Source: Nemertoderma westbladi
Lineage: Eukaryota > Animalia > Xenacoelomorpha
Direction: 5' to 3'
Assembly (NCBI GenBank): GCA_032718475.1
Contig: JAUCBJ010005017.1
Coordinates: 516 to 64,515, forward strand
DNA: 64,000 nt
Shown piece by piece: positions 51,216 through 64,000 of the stretch; within the stretch, counting starts at the first letter, position 1; every line of letters starts with the position of its first letter. A program made the translations under genes and the position numbers. The notes beneath the pieces were generated by a model that saw nothing but the letters and a program-made list of their open reading frames with translations, did not search any database and had not been told where the DNA came from.

Positions 51216-53414
51216 TCGAGCCCCAATAGGGCCATTTTAACAAAATCATATTATAATATCATTAATTATTGCATAAAAAGGATAAACATTTTATTAAAGC
51301 CAATAATTAATCATTCCAAACGCCGATAAGTTGACATAACAAAAGGTTAGAACTTTAGTGTCGCACGATGTTCCAAAACATAACTCTATTTCCAATATTA
51401 ATATCTTTATTAGGCTATACGTCAGAGACATTCCAGAACATTAATTATTTAACATTGAGAAAGGCATCATCAGTAGTTGAAGTGTACAGTACAATAATTC
51501 GATTAGCAGTAACTATGGTAGCAATATAGTATAGAAAAACACATAAGTTCAATGTCTTTTGTAACACTATATCTTGGAATCTTATATTAGAGAAAATTAA
51601 GCATAAAAAAAAGTTTCTCTTTTTTAAGCTAAAATTACGTTTGGAAAAAAGCCTTGAACATTATTTTTCACTATAATTCTCTGAAATATTTATTAACGAC
51701 GTTGGCGATTAGTAAATAAAGTACCTCTAGAATAGTGAAAAATTTATATTTTTTTCCCAAGTATTAAATAATTAATTTTAAGAAATATAATTTGTTGTAA
51801 GTACGGTTCTAACAACTGTATAATTGGCGCGTTGCACCTTCATGTTGAACGATATACCTACTGTACAATGTCCCTAGATAGTGTCCCATTAATTAAGTTA
51901 ACTATAATCTCTCAAAGGGAAAATTATCCATTATTGCCAGCAGCTGACTGGCATTATTGATTGGTTTTTGATGTGGTAAGTTTCCACTCCACTTTCCATC
52001 CTCTGAAATAGAATTTACAATGTTTGCAATATATGAAAGGCGTCATACTGCTAAAAGGTAGATTCAAGAGCGACAAAACTGTCAGGTGGCAACTCAAAGG
52101 GAAAAATCTGTCAATATATCTATGAGCAATTTGTATTCAACGAAGTAGGCCTTGTATAATCGTGAGGGATTGAGAGATTAATTTATTCAAGGCCTCAATT
52201 CATCTTTATGTCAATTTGCGTTGATTAGTATTCTTGACAAGACTCCAGCTGCTACTGTATCTCCGGTCATAGTCCAACAGTTTGCGCAATCAATATGACT
52301 ATGACCCTGTATGATGGACCAGTGTCTCAATTCGCCTTGGTTTCAACAAAGCGAAATAGGAAATTAGTATACGCTTGTTAACTTTTTCTTTCCTACAAAA
52401 TTAGTTTTGGCTGTTTCATTGATGTTTCGGTATATTATTTTCAATGAAATTCAACAAAATTTCAGTTTACCGTTACACACGCGTTATTATTCATAAAAAT
52501 ATTTGATAAATTGCATACGCTCATGCTTAAGAACGGTACATGTACGGGAGTTACGTAGATCCACGTTAATCAAGATATACTGCTGTTATTTTTGGCAGGT
52601 TGACCGAGATGAAACCACGACATAGTTAACTCAACATTAATTAGAGAGAGAGCCATCTTCCTTCTATGTCCGAGATATTTTAAATTACACTAAAGGGTAC
52701 TTTGCAGCTCTTAAACTATGCAATTTTAATGTCCCAGGGGAATTCCACTAGTTTGATGCCTTGTGAGTGCTGTAGTTTGTGGCATCGGTGAGTGTTTGTT
52801 GCCATTCCACGCAACAGGGACACGAACACAGAATAATGTAGGCCTATTCCCCAAACTCTGCTGCGGTAATGAGTCCGGCTAATTTGACAGGAAACGCCCC
52901 ACCTAAAGGACCTCGGGAACTTTGCATTAGTCGCAGAGTAGATTGCAGTTTCAGGCAGGTACTCGGCAGCAGCCCAGCTTGGCGTGTTTGTAGGTTCACC
53001 TCGGATCCAAAGGTTTTCCTAAATTAATTAATCTCCCAAGAAACACACGGGCCGTGAGAGTTGGAGCATGCGTGGCAACCTTGGGGAGCAGCTCAGCTGG
53101 CTACTTATACAACCCCTTCAATGTCATTTCCTAGCAATCAATATGGAAGGCTTCTAATGTAATCCTGCAACGTAAATCTAACAACCTGCATGGAAGAATG
53201 AATCTCACAGCCGAATACCGGCTACAGTTAACGGGGGGGGGGGGGGGGGGGGGGGATTATATGTTGAAAATGACTAACGACACATCTTTTTTACTTCCCA
53301 TAAATTAATAACGAATGTGCCGTCTATGTTTAGTAAATATCTTTTCGGCTAATTCAGGGCGAGCTCTACGTGGCTTGTAAAGTCCCACCGGTTCGGGCAC
53401 ACTAGGACAGCCAA

Positions 53415-54520
53415 GGATTCAGTTACGGCTCCATCTAGGTCCCATAACAGGCAGTAGTACTCGGATAATCTGAAGGAGCTTATCAATGGGCATTGTTGAT
53501 GCCATAAACAATGCCGATGACAGCAGGCAATCAGCCCAGGCATGGTAATCGATAAATTGGCTGATTGGGATGAAAAACCAACCAACCACCAAGGTTAACG
53601 CTGAATTTCCAACTGAACGCCTCAATAATGGTTTGAAGGCATCTTAACAATGACCTGGTATTGCCTGATAACTTTGTGGTATACTGTACTTCGTGTCTGA
53701 GTCTGTGCTCACAGATATCCTCTTTGGTGACATTTCCTTTGCTGAAATCAAGACCAATTGTTCCAGAGTGGAGTATTGTGTTTCCCCTGATGTCTTAAAT
53801 TTCCTGAGTGTTTGGATCTCATTTATCCCATAATCGTGAGCATGGATAGGACAAAGAGTGTCCCTCAAGAAGTGAAAACAAAGAAGTTGGTGCCAGTTCC
53901 CAAGAAGGGTATCCTAACACTATGGTTCTTTTCGGGGAATCTAATTGATCTCATTGATCTCGATTGCTGCAGAGTCATACAATAGAATTATATTAAATAG
54001 CATCAGGGATCCCTTTGATAAATTTTTACACCAAAATGGGTTCCGTAAAGATCATGGGACCGCGGAGCCAATTCTGGGGCTTAGAAGGAAATTTGTAAAG
54101 ACGGAAACTTGGAAAGACAGACGTCTGGCTATTATCTTTCTTAACTTCTTTAAGGCCATCGATTCAGTCTCTCCCAACAACGTACGTTCAGCAAACTTGC
54201 AGGGTTCCTGAGGAAAATATTGCTTCTATCAGATCACTGTACGATAGTTCAAATAATTTGTGTCTATTGTTATGGTGACACGAATCTGATGGGGAGTCCT
54301 TCAGGGAGACATACTTGTATCCTTCATGTTCATAATTGTGGTTGATAATTTTCTACGATTGTCCTTAGACCATCTTAATCAAGCTTACCGATATAGACTT
54401 TGCTGATGAAGTAGGAGTGCTGGTGGAATCACCGGGGGGATCCGGAAGTCAGGTGGTGAAGACCCTGGGATACGAAAGGGATAAGCATGGCCAGCATTGA
54501 ATAATCTGTCTAGGATTTAG
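53415..54520 (+). mobile_element. Degraded fragment of the RTE family found at 1-3430
   Basis: Nucleotide similarity to the reverse complement of about 2410 to 1, with deletions; ISLISIAA.SYNRIILN.IRDP, QNGFRK. Confidence 0.8.
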
Positions 54521-55733
54521 AAGTCCCTGATAATAAAACGGAATCTCATGCTTTGCAATTTCTTCCAACTTACCGGCCCCCGGCAGCTGCCCCTGTTGAT
54601 CCCCCCCCCCCCCCCCCCCAATAATCCGTCCCTGAGCATCTTCAACATCAATATAACAATCAAGATCACGCCCTTCACATCAGAACGTTGCCGTAACTCA
54701 TCGATGGTGGGTGGCCGAGGGTGAACTGCCTGAATCACTTTAAAAATTAAATTACGGACTGTTGAAATTCTGTGCAAAAATTTCTACTTTAATACTTATT
54801 TTTGAACATCACAAAATACGCAAATAAATCAATTAATACCAATATAATTAAAGCAAATAGCAATATGTGAAATAAATTAATGATTTATTAAAATAATGTT
54901 CAAAATATTGGGATGTTTGATTGTTTTGAATTTATAAACGGAATAATTCAGAATTAATTGTAATTTACGCAATAATCAATATCATAAAAAACACCGTGAA
55001 GGAAAATTGTGTCGGAGGCCTTCACTAGGCCTTCACTACATTATAGTTACATCTTGTTGAAGGGATACACTGACATTTTATACTCTTTTTCTAATAAACT
55101 AGCCTACTGTAGACACTCGTGCAGTACGCACTACGCGCTTATACTGTACTGTACCTCATACTGTACAGTGTACAGTAGTATAAAAATCATAATTTTATTA
55201 CCAGTTATTTAAAATGTATTGTTTAAATTATTACAAAAAGGAATCAAATTAAATTCTACGAATACATTATAACAGATAACGTACAGTTGACCTACTGTAC
55301 ATGACTAATGGTTAACAGACTACAGCGCAATGATTAACCGAAACCACAGTTTGGAAATAACAGTTATTTGGGCCTATAAATTTTCATTCATAAATAATAG
55401 ACAACTTGGTGTTAATTGCAAATAAGTTAGTTAAAAAAAAAACGTTGTTTTTTAAAGAATTAATTTCTGTTAGCAAAAGTTATATAAAAATGTGAATATT
55501 TATATAGCTTTTGCTAACGGAAATTATGCTTTAAATAACTGTTTTTTTTAAAAAACGTTATCAAAAATTTTCAAAATTATATAACATTTTGTAAAAGTTG
55601 TTTGAAAATTCAAAAAACCAACATATCAAATTACAAAGACATCCGATGTTATTATTGTCATCCTAATTATGTATTCTAGAATATTTCCAAACACAATAAA
55701 CTATAATAACTAATTAACTTTTACTAATTCTTA

Positions 55734-55963
55734 AGGCCATGATACACCACAGGAGCGGCGAGCGGCAGCGGCGGGCGGCCGCGGCGAGCGGCCGTTGTGA
55801 GCGGCGACTTTTAGTATGATACACTATAGGAGCGGCGAGCGGCAGCAGCCATTTGTGGTGTATCATCACCCATAGAAAATAATGTGTTCTATTTTTATAA
55901 AGTGGCCGCTTGCTGCGGCCGCTCGCCGCTGCCGCTCGCCGCTCCTGTGGTGTATCATGGCCT
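55734..55963. mobile_element. PIF/Harbinger (Tourist-like) MITE
   Basis: Long TIR AGGCCATGATACACCACAGGAGCGGCGAGCGGCAGCGGCG, TTA TSD (55731-55733, 55964-55966). Related fragments at about 37531-37690 and 45028-45080. Confidence 0.85.
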
Positions 55964-57249
55964 TTATATAAGTTGTACAAATTTTTGTACAACTTTTAAT
56001 ACATGTTTGGTAAATTTATATAGAAATTTTGCTAACGAAAATTGCGCAGAAACAAATGTGCGTTAACTTTCAGCGAATTTTATTTCAAATACCTTCAAAT
56101 TTACTGCAATATTTCTATGTATTACACTAATAGGATTGCACCTTGCCGCAGCATTACTTATTGCACCAGATATAAACATAATATTAAAAACTACTTTACA
56201 TTAAATACAACTAATAATGTTCCGTGAATAAAATTAAACGCCAAAAAATTATCAAATGCAAAAATCTACATAGTAAATGTGAAACACCAATAACACGGTT
56301 TGAATCTTCGATCATCTCGCGTTTCCAATGACTAATGAAATATATTTATATACATGAGACCAGAGAATAATCAACCAGCGACAAGTAATAATTATATTAC
56401 AGAAGTAAGCGGTACCCATAGGGCATAACTATATAAAAAAGTTAACATTTTACATCCTCGTGTGGAAATAAGCACTTTTCCGCTTGTTTAGGTAATTTAA
56501 CTCAAGCATAGCATATAGTACTGTAAGGTACTACTGTATAATGATCATGAGCTCCCGTTTATACAAAATCCATACTGTCTTGGTTGCAACATTATAATAA
56601 CAATTGAATGCTGTAGTTGCTCAACTTTCAATCAAATACAGTAATATGGATATTAATAGGTACAGAGATACAGTATGATATCTACGGACGGATTTGTTAA
56701 CAACTTCAGATATTATTTCTAGCATCTCTGGCGATGGAAGACTTTCGAAACAGGAAGTCAACCATCAACAGCCTTCATTATTGTTGTCAAGTAATCCAGA
56801 AAATTAAATATAAAGCAACATATTGCGTTGTGTATAAAGTGTCATTATGTCACTTCGCTTGGTGCCTCGCTGCAATATTCCACTCACTCGCTTCGCACAT
56901 TCGTGTAAAATTCTCTCTCGGGAACAGAACAGAGTGCCATAAAATCAGACTTAAGAAACAATATAATAAATAACAAATAGTTAATTATTATTCCACAACA
57001 ATAATTATTATTCTTCTCTACGGAGGAAATTATATCTTAAAATATAATATTATTAAAAAAAACCATTTCAAAAGATAAACAAAAAAGAAGAAAGACATAA
57101 TGATATCCATACAGATTTCAAACAGGAGTTATAGTACCTATTTATATATGTAAAATCATGGGGAATTAATAATTATTTTCATGAGCGGATGGCAATATTT
57201 ATTAATTAAATGTAATAATTAAGGAATATTTATAAATAATCATTGCCTA

Positions 57250-57934
57250 TTAAACTTCAGTCGAATCGTTACGCTTGCGGTCCCTTTTTCGCGCGTAAAT
57301 GTCGTACATCTGGGACAGGAGTTCGGAAACCACAACGTCGTTGCTGTTTTTACTCACCATCCGGAGGGTGAAGATACCGTCGTTCCTAAGGAACTCGGCG
57401 ATAAAGTGATCGAGGAGTTTGCGTTCCCTTCGGTATCCCGCGCGTCCGTGACTCAACTGCAGCATCCCAGTGATGTAGCTGTACCGGTTACCGAAGCAGA
57501 CGATAACCCAAACCCACCAGCACAGACTGTAGATGGTGCAGACAGCGACAAGGGCCAACCAGAACCACATGAAAAGGTAGATCTTCTCGTTGAAAAGGTT
57601 AATAGGGAGAACGCATTGCACGGACCATGGTTGGATGTTCCATGCTTGGAGCGTGTTGTAGTCGCACATAGTGATGCGAGGGAAGCGACGCGATGCCGTC
57701 CAATCGTGACCCTCGATGAGCGATAGAAGAACCTCGAGACCGTAGATGGTGTAGTTGGTGCCTAGGAACGCGTTCAGCAGGAACATCTGACTGACGCAGT
57801 TCCCGATGTATAAGAGTTTCGTGATGAGATATATGGGCACCAGGAAGTTGCCGTAGCGACGTTGACAGGTAAACCAAAAACATTTATTGGCACACCAGTT
57901 CTTGCAGCCGCCACAACATTCGTCTTTGGAATTT
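57250..57934 (-). CDS. Innexin, coding exon 2
   Basis: TTGCAG acceptor (phase 2); YGNFL..YLITKLLY, FPRITMCDY, VQCVLPINLFNEKIYLFMWFW, FLRNDGIF.LR; TAA at 57250. Confidence 0.93.
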
Positions 57935-58833
57935 CTGCAAGGAAATAATATCATTATAATTCTGTGTAGTAGGATTACAAACAAATAACACACACAACGG
58001 ATTATATACTACTGTACTTATTCATGTAATAATAATTAATCATATTTATTGTGTTTTATTGATAAATTGAAACATACAATAGCTACAGTATTTTTGATTG
58101 AAAGCTGTCTTTTCAGCTTTTTATGCTTTTTGTGCTTATTAAAGTAAACCCAGTAGTAACCATGTTTAGTACAGGGTTATGTTACAATCTAATGTTAGTC
58201 CATGCTGGGCTCTAACTGCAGAGGATACCTAATCTTTGGATGGTACTTATACAAGAATGCTATGCCGGTTGTGGCGGTGCAATTTTGTCGACAAGCCGGC
58301 ACAACATTTTTATGTAATATATATTATAACGCAGCTACAATGCAGCCTGCCGATAGTAGTAGTGGTAGTAGGTTACAGTGAAAAATCGAAGGTGTTACTT
58401 GTGAAAATAATGTAATTTAATAATAGTCTACTGATTTTTGTTTTATTCATAATAAATTGTTTTATGCAATAAGTGTTGCTAATTAAAAAGATATGCGGGG
58501 GTTCAACTTACAAACAGAAACAAGTAAGATCAAGTATAATTGTTTGAGCTTTACATACACGGATTTTCAAATGTATATAGCAAAATATATCTGTCTAGTG
58601 TCTAGCCTTTATCATATTTATCACCTACTTATCTTTTCAAAGCAATCTATAATTAATTATCACATCACCTTATATCTTTCAAGTTACTCTAGAATTTATT
58701 ATCACCTAACCTATTTTTGTCTGTCAAATTTCTCAAACCATCATAATACCAATGTGATAATACAAGCAAAGCAAATTTATTGAATGCTCGCCTATTTCTC
58801 TCCAAGCACCCAAATAACTAATTATCACCTCAC

Positions 58834-59360
58834 CTATATCTGTCCAGGCAATGTTCCAAATGTCTGGCGCAATATTCCAGTCGCTCTTTCCGCTCTGCTG
58901 GCTCGCAGAACTGCAACGCCGTCATGAGGGAGACGAGACGCTGTAGACTGATCCCGGAGCGCTCGTTCAACATCCGCCAAAGGAAGCTGGGTGTGACGAA
59001 CATGAGGGCCTGAAGGAGAAGCATTATTGGGACCCACTGGTAGTAGGTGATCTCTAGGGTTCGCTTCTCGGAGCGGCTGGGCGGGTAGGCCACATAGACC
59101 CCCTCCTTTTCGAGAGGGACGTAGTAGGTGTTCCGAATCCAGCAGTAGTTGTTCACGTAAGTCTGCCAGGAATCGTGGTACTGCTTCGGCGTAAAGCAGA
59201 TGATTGGCGTCCCTACAAACTGCTTCATGCTGACGATGAAGCAGAAAGCGACCAGAACACCGGATGTATAGATATAGTTGAGACGGTCAGCCATGTCGTC
59301 ATCATTCTTTCGTTTTATCTGGAGGAACTTAGCGGAACGAAACAAAAGTCGATCCAACAT
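58834..59360 (-). CDS. Innexin, coding exon 1 (403 aa after splicing)
   Basis: DDDMADRLNY..KQFVG.PI.C.TP..YVNNYCW..NTYY, signature YYQWVP, P.FLWR, GTGAG donor. 527 + 685 nt = 404 codons including the stop. Confidence 0.93.
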
Positions 59361-59386
59361 GTTGGCTGTCTTCTACGTTTTTACGT

Positions 59387-59638
59387 TAGGTAGTTACCGC
59401 GTCTACACGCAATCCTTCCGCTACCTTGTAGGTAGTTACCGCGTCTACACGCAATCCTTCCGCTACCTTGTAGGTAGTTACCGCGTCTACACGCAATCCT
59501 TCCGCTACCTTGTAGGTAGTTACCGCGTCTACACGCAATCCTTCCGCTACCTTGTAGGTAGTTACCGCGTCTACACGCAATCCTTCCGCTACCTTGTAGG
59601 TAGTTACCGCGTCTACACGCAATCCTTCCGCTACCTTG
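59387..59638. repeat. Six perfect copies of a 42-bp unit just upstream of the innexin ATG
   Basis: (TAGGTAGTTACCGCGTCTACACGCAATCCTTCCGCTACCTTG)x6 with no spacers. Confidence 0.97.
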
Positions 59639-60182
59639 TGTGAGATATTGCGACTGGCATCATCGTATATTTATTAGCGAATTAATATTTAGCAGATTGG
59701 CCCCGAGTTTTATGAGTCTTATTTTTGTATATTATTTTCTCACGCAGGAGCATCCTGAAAATAAAATCGAAAATGTGTCGATTTCAAATATGTATAAGGT
59801 CGAAGGTCCAAAGCAAAACCAAAACAAATTACAGTTACTGTACGTAAATGGAAGAAATACTGTATATCTACTGCAACTAAATATCCAACTTCTTAACTTA
59901 TGTCATGAGATTAAAATTGTATTAAATTACCATCATTGTTTTGAAGATGAGTGAATGAAGTTAGCTTACTGTATCTTTGAACATTATTGGGGCGAATTTT
60001 CGAATAATCTTTTAACTTGAGTTTGTGAAATTGTGTGTAAATGTAGGAAGTAAACCAAAATAAAATTTATTAAATTATTTAATTAATAACCAGTTTAATA
60101 AATTAAACTCAAAGACTAATATTACAAAAGCCATTTTGTTATTAACAAAACAATGACCACATTAAACCCATATTACAGTAGC

Positions 60183-61005
60183 TATATGGGGCGCCGTGGG
60201 CTTCAAAAATATGAAAATGTCGGCGACTGGTTCAGTCAGATTCTTGGCGACTGGTTCAGATTCTCGGCGACTGGTTTAGATTCTCGGCGACTGGTTTAGA
60301 TTTCGGCCTAGATTTCGGCCAAGATTTCGGCTTAGATTTCGGCCAAGAATTCGGCTTAGATTTCGGCCAAGATTTCGGCCAAGATTTCGGCCAAGATTTC
60401 GGCTTAGATTTCGGCCAAGATTTCGGCTTATATTTCGGCCAAGATTTCGGCTTATATTTCGGCCAAGATTTCGGCTAAGAATCTTGGCCGAAATCTAAGC
60501 CGAAATCTTCACCATTCAATCCAGAGAGGTAGGCCTATATGCCATAGGTAACTCCTAACTGTATGTCAGTACTTTTTGTCATAGAGTATCTACACACTAT
60601 GGTACTGCGGTTACCGTAGTACTGTACTGGCAGACTGGTAACAGAGAAACACAGACTGACAAGAAAGTCTCGTTATTGAAATTTTCGGCTAAGATTTCGG
60701 CCAAGATTTCGGCTTAGATTTCGGCTTAGATTTCGGCCAAGATTTCGGCCAAGATTTCGGCTTAGATTTCGGCTTAGATTTCGGCCAAGATTTCGGCCAA
60801 GATTTCGGCTTAGATTTCGGCTTAGATTTCGGCTTAGATTTCGGCCTAGATTCGTAGCCGAAATCTTGGCCGAAATCTAAGCCGAAATCTTGGCCGAAAT
60901 TTAGGCCGAAATCTAAACCAGTCGCCGAGAATCTAAACCAGTCGCCGAGAATCTGAACCAGTCGCCGACATTTTCATATTTTTGAAGCCCACGGCGCCCC
61001 ATATA
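60183..61005. mobile_element. MITE with TIRs of more than 50 bp and 11-bp internal tandem arrays
   Basis: TATATGGGGCGCCGTGGGCTTCAAAAATATGAAAATGTCGGCGACTGGTTCAG is inverted at both ends, with a TA/TATA flank. (GATTTCGGCYWA)-type arrays occur in both orientations. Confidence 0.85.
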
Positions 61006-64000
61006 CATAGCTAGCCTCCTATTGCCTACTATACTAGTTGCTAGCTACTGTAGTAGCTACTGTAGTAGTAGCTGCAGCAGAGGAAGGTCAGACAGAGAGG
61101 GACTAGTGCGGAAATGGCAATCAAATGAGTCTCAAGCGCCAAACATTGCTCCACTCGCAGCCAATTATATGATAAATTTAACATAACTGCCTACTTTAAT
61201 ATGTAAATTACCAAATTTCAATATAAATTAGGTACACCTCTGTGATGGATATTTAATCAAATATAGTTCAGTAACTGGTCTCCCATCGGTAATGGGATTT
61301 TCATTCTGGCACACATCCTGTGTCACTGCTTTGATCAGAACAGGGAATAAAGAAATATCCTGCTGTACAATTTCCGGAGGCCTCGCTGGAATAGTTGTGA
61401 GGAAACCGGCGATGTACACAACTAAACTGTTGTAGGCCATCGACGCATGTTGCCTTGACAATAAATTAAATAATTGATTAACTGTTTGCTATTGTTTGCA
61501 ATTCTAGTGGGAATTAGTTTGGCCATTAAGTGTACAGTGGAAGGCTTAATCAAACATTGGGAGCAACATATCTGTGAATGGTTTTAGGGGCTTTTATTAG
61601 TTTAATAGGGAAAAAAGCATCAAATTCGTTGAGCAAGTTGTTCTCTTTCTCAATAGAATGAATAATTTTTGTTCAATTATTATAATCACCAATGAAAAAG
61701 TTGAAACATCACGCGAAAGTGTTGGTGTAAACACTACGCCGACAGCCGGAGAGCAGATAATAGACAGCAACAACCGAAACTTTAAGGGAAAAAGAGTAGT
61801 GGCAGTGGTAGATTACAGTAAGTTGTGCTATCCAAAACAATAAACGAGAGTCATGAATGCATGTACCTGTCGGTTGTCTGCTATCGGTTGTCGGAGTATC
61901 ATTTACACCCCAATAGAGCAATGAAAATGTACACGATACATAACTATACGATATACAGTACAGTGGTTCACAGCAGTGTCATTTGAATACATCAGAATAC
62001 TGCATGGGCCTGAATTTACGTTGTGTTAATATTATCATTAACAACATACATACAGTATTATAACAACATTTTTACCTTGTCTTGGGGAGAATCCTTCGCC
62101 TAAACCTACACCTACTGTACTGTACATGTATTGTAAGCCAGTAGGCTATGCATCTGGCTGGTGATTCTTTCAATGCTGACACTCATTACAGTATTATTAG
62201 CAAATAAAGTAGGCCTACAGTATCATTTGTTTTGTAATGAAATTAATTACGTTAAAATACATACAGTATTACAAATACTATAAATTTTAGAATAACTACC
62301 ACCTGGAATCATAATGTTATTACAGTACAGTACAGTATATCCCCAACCTTATACAGAAACTTGCCCTACATGTAGTAAAGATCATTTAGAAATCTATAAA
62401 ACTATCCTGCCCAGCAACCATTTATTAAAGACCTGAATTCTATCAGTACCGGTACCGGTCGGTACGGAATATAACGATCTATAAAATTATACGGCAGTGC
62501 ATCATCAATGCAGTAGATAGGGTCTACTGTATGTTTACAGTTTCAGTTTGAAGGTTTAATAATACACAATACAGTACTTTTATACTTTGAATTTCATTTT
62601 ATAAATGTAAAATAATTATTTAAGCAAAGTAATTTGACTCCTGCATGTGATAATCAAAGAATAGGTTGGTTATATGCAGTGCTGAATAATGCTGTTCTGT
62701 AATTAATTATCTTGTAGAGGCAAAGCTCGGCCAGGCCTTCATTTTGTTCCCTTAACAAACCCGATTGATTGATTTACAATTCGGCAGGTACCAAGGCGTG
62801 CTAGGAGAATATCCCTCGGGTAGTACAGAGTAGGGCCTATGCGTTTATCCATGCGGGTGACAGCGCCAAGGACATTACTATTAACCACACAAACCTTTCA
62901 CTTGAACGGTGCCAATAATCCATTATCTCAAAAAAACGGTAAATAATGTGAGTGGCTTCTGGAGGTTAGGCTAACATTAAATGAGTTTACAGAAATGTGA
63001 CACTCTTCCCGGCGGTCGATTAGGCATCAGCAATTTACACAACAAATATTATTATGTTATTGTTCTACAGTATCTGTATATTAATATTTTTTTTTAGAGG
63101 GGGGGGGGGGGGGGGGGGGGGGCTGGGTGGTGGGGAAAAAAAGAGTAAATAGAGCAGGCCCGTATGGTGACCATAATATCTGGGGTGGGGGGGCAGAGGC
63201 CAAATCTGGGGTGGGGGGGGGGGGGGGAAACCCATTACTGGGTTTGGGGGGCATATAGCAAAGTGGAAGTTAATTTAGTACATAAAGTAAAATCAATATT
63301 GTTGAAGAATGTGTGGGGCGAGCCACGAAGTTGACGGAGCCTTGGCGAACTAACACTCTGTTAAGTGAGTGGGTCAATAATAGCAAATAGTTGTTGTCTT
63401 TACGATTTTGACATGCCAATAAATTTGTCCGATTTAATTAAAGCTGTCGAGTTGACAATTTGTAGGAATAAATAAGTCCAAAAGTTAAGGTTGAAGTTAC
63501 AAAAAATATCATTTAGATATGGATTATGGATACCAGCGCAGTTAACCATCAGCGCCTAGCGTATTAGCCCAGCTTGCTGCTAATAGGCTAGGCGATGGCT
63601 AGGCTAGGCTACAGACAATGTGGGTCAACTACGAACAACCCGCCCTTCTAGCCAATGAGAGAACATTGAGCGTTTGTGTATTTTTAGTTATTTTATTGAG
63701 CTGCAATCTGATAGGCCTTGAGTATGGTGTAATTAAAGCACTATCAAAATCTATAAATAGATGCGGTCTGCCAACAAGCTTTCCAGCCCTGAGTACTGAG
63801 TAGCAACATAGAACAAATACATAACTTACACCATACAATAGGAACAGGCTCTGGCAGTGCCAGTCCCATTACAATTGGACCAAAAATAATGGTGGGGAGT
63901 CAGGTCAGTGGGTAGAAGTAGTACATGTGAATCCCATAATATTGATTACCAACAACATCATGACTATAATAAGACGACTTGTTATTAATAAAACAAGAGA

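Larger units (their letters stand above)
49913..51233 (+). mobile_element. Tandem and inverted 369-bp repeat carrying a tRNA-like promoter and a type I hammerhead (retrozyme or non-autonomous Penelope-like element)
   Basis: Direct units start near 50486 and 50854 and end at 51233; inverted partial copy at 49913-50115; partial direct copy at 50115-50163. Confidence 0.8.

Noticed and set aside
59387-59638. CRISPR-like regular repeat
   Set aside because: The units are contiguous and identical with no spacers, there are no cas genes, and the context is eukaryotic.
61300-61460. Minus-strand frame reading ATCVDGLQQFSC (EGF-like)
   Set aside because: The Cys spacing is incomplete, there is an early stop, and no supporting splice sites or neighbouring exons.
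1490-63230. About ten long poly-G/poly-C tracts scattered through the window
   Set aside because: No shared flanks or spacing; homopolymer lengths are unreliable and such tracts are common in invertebrate assemblies.

Overview
This is repeat-rich, intron-containing eukaryotic DNA from an invertebrate animal (a lophotrochozoan or annelid would fit, but that is not established). Host genes: the first three coding exons of a mitochondrial ALDH2-like aldehyde dehydrogenase (minus strand, continuing off the left edge), an intronless divergent casein kinase 1 gamma-like gene, and a complete two-exon innexin. Most of the rest is transposable elements whose ends and target-site duplications (TSDs) can be read directly: RTE and RTE-X LINEs, a tRNA-derived SINE, piggyBac-, hAT-, Mutator-, Harbinger- and P-like non-autonomous elements, solo LTRs, a 3.8-kb minisatellite, and a 17.1-kb BEL/Pao LTR retrotransposon nested inside other elements. 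Three observations stand out. (1) A 369-bp tandem/inverted repeat carries a type I hammerhead ribozyme core between the A and B boxes of a tRNA-like Pol III promoter (49913-51233). (2) The BEL/Pao element has no TGG-type tRNA primer-binding site; instead a 12-nt site abutting the 5' LTR is perfectly complementary to a sequence inside its own LTR, as in Tf1-type self-priming. (3) The same element carries an extra Cys/His-rich ORF in the env position.
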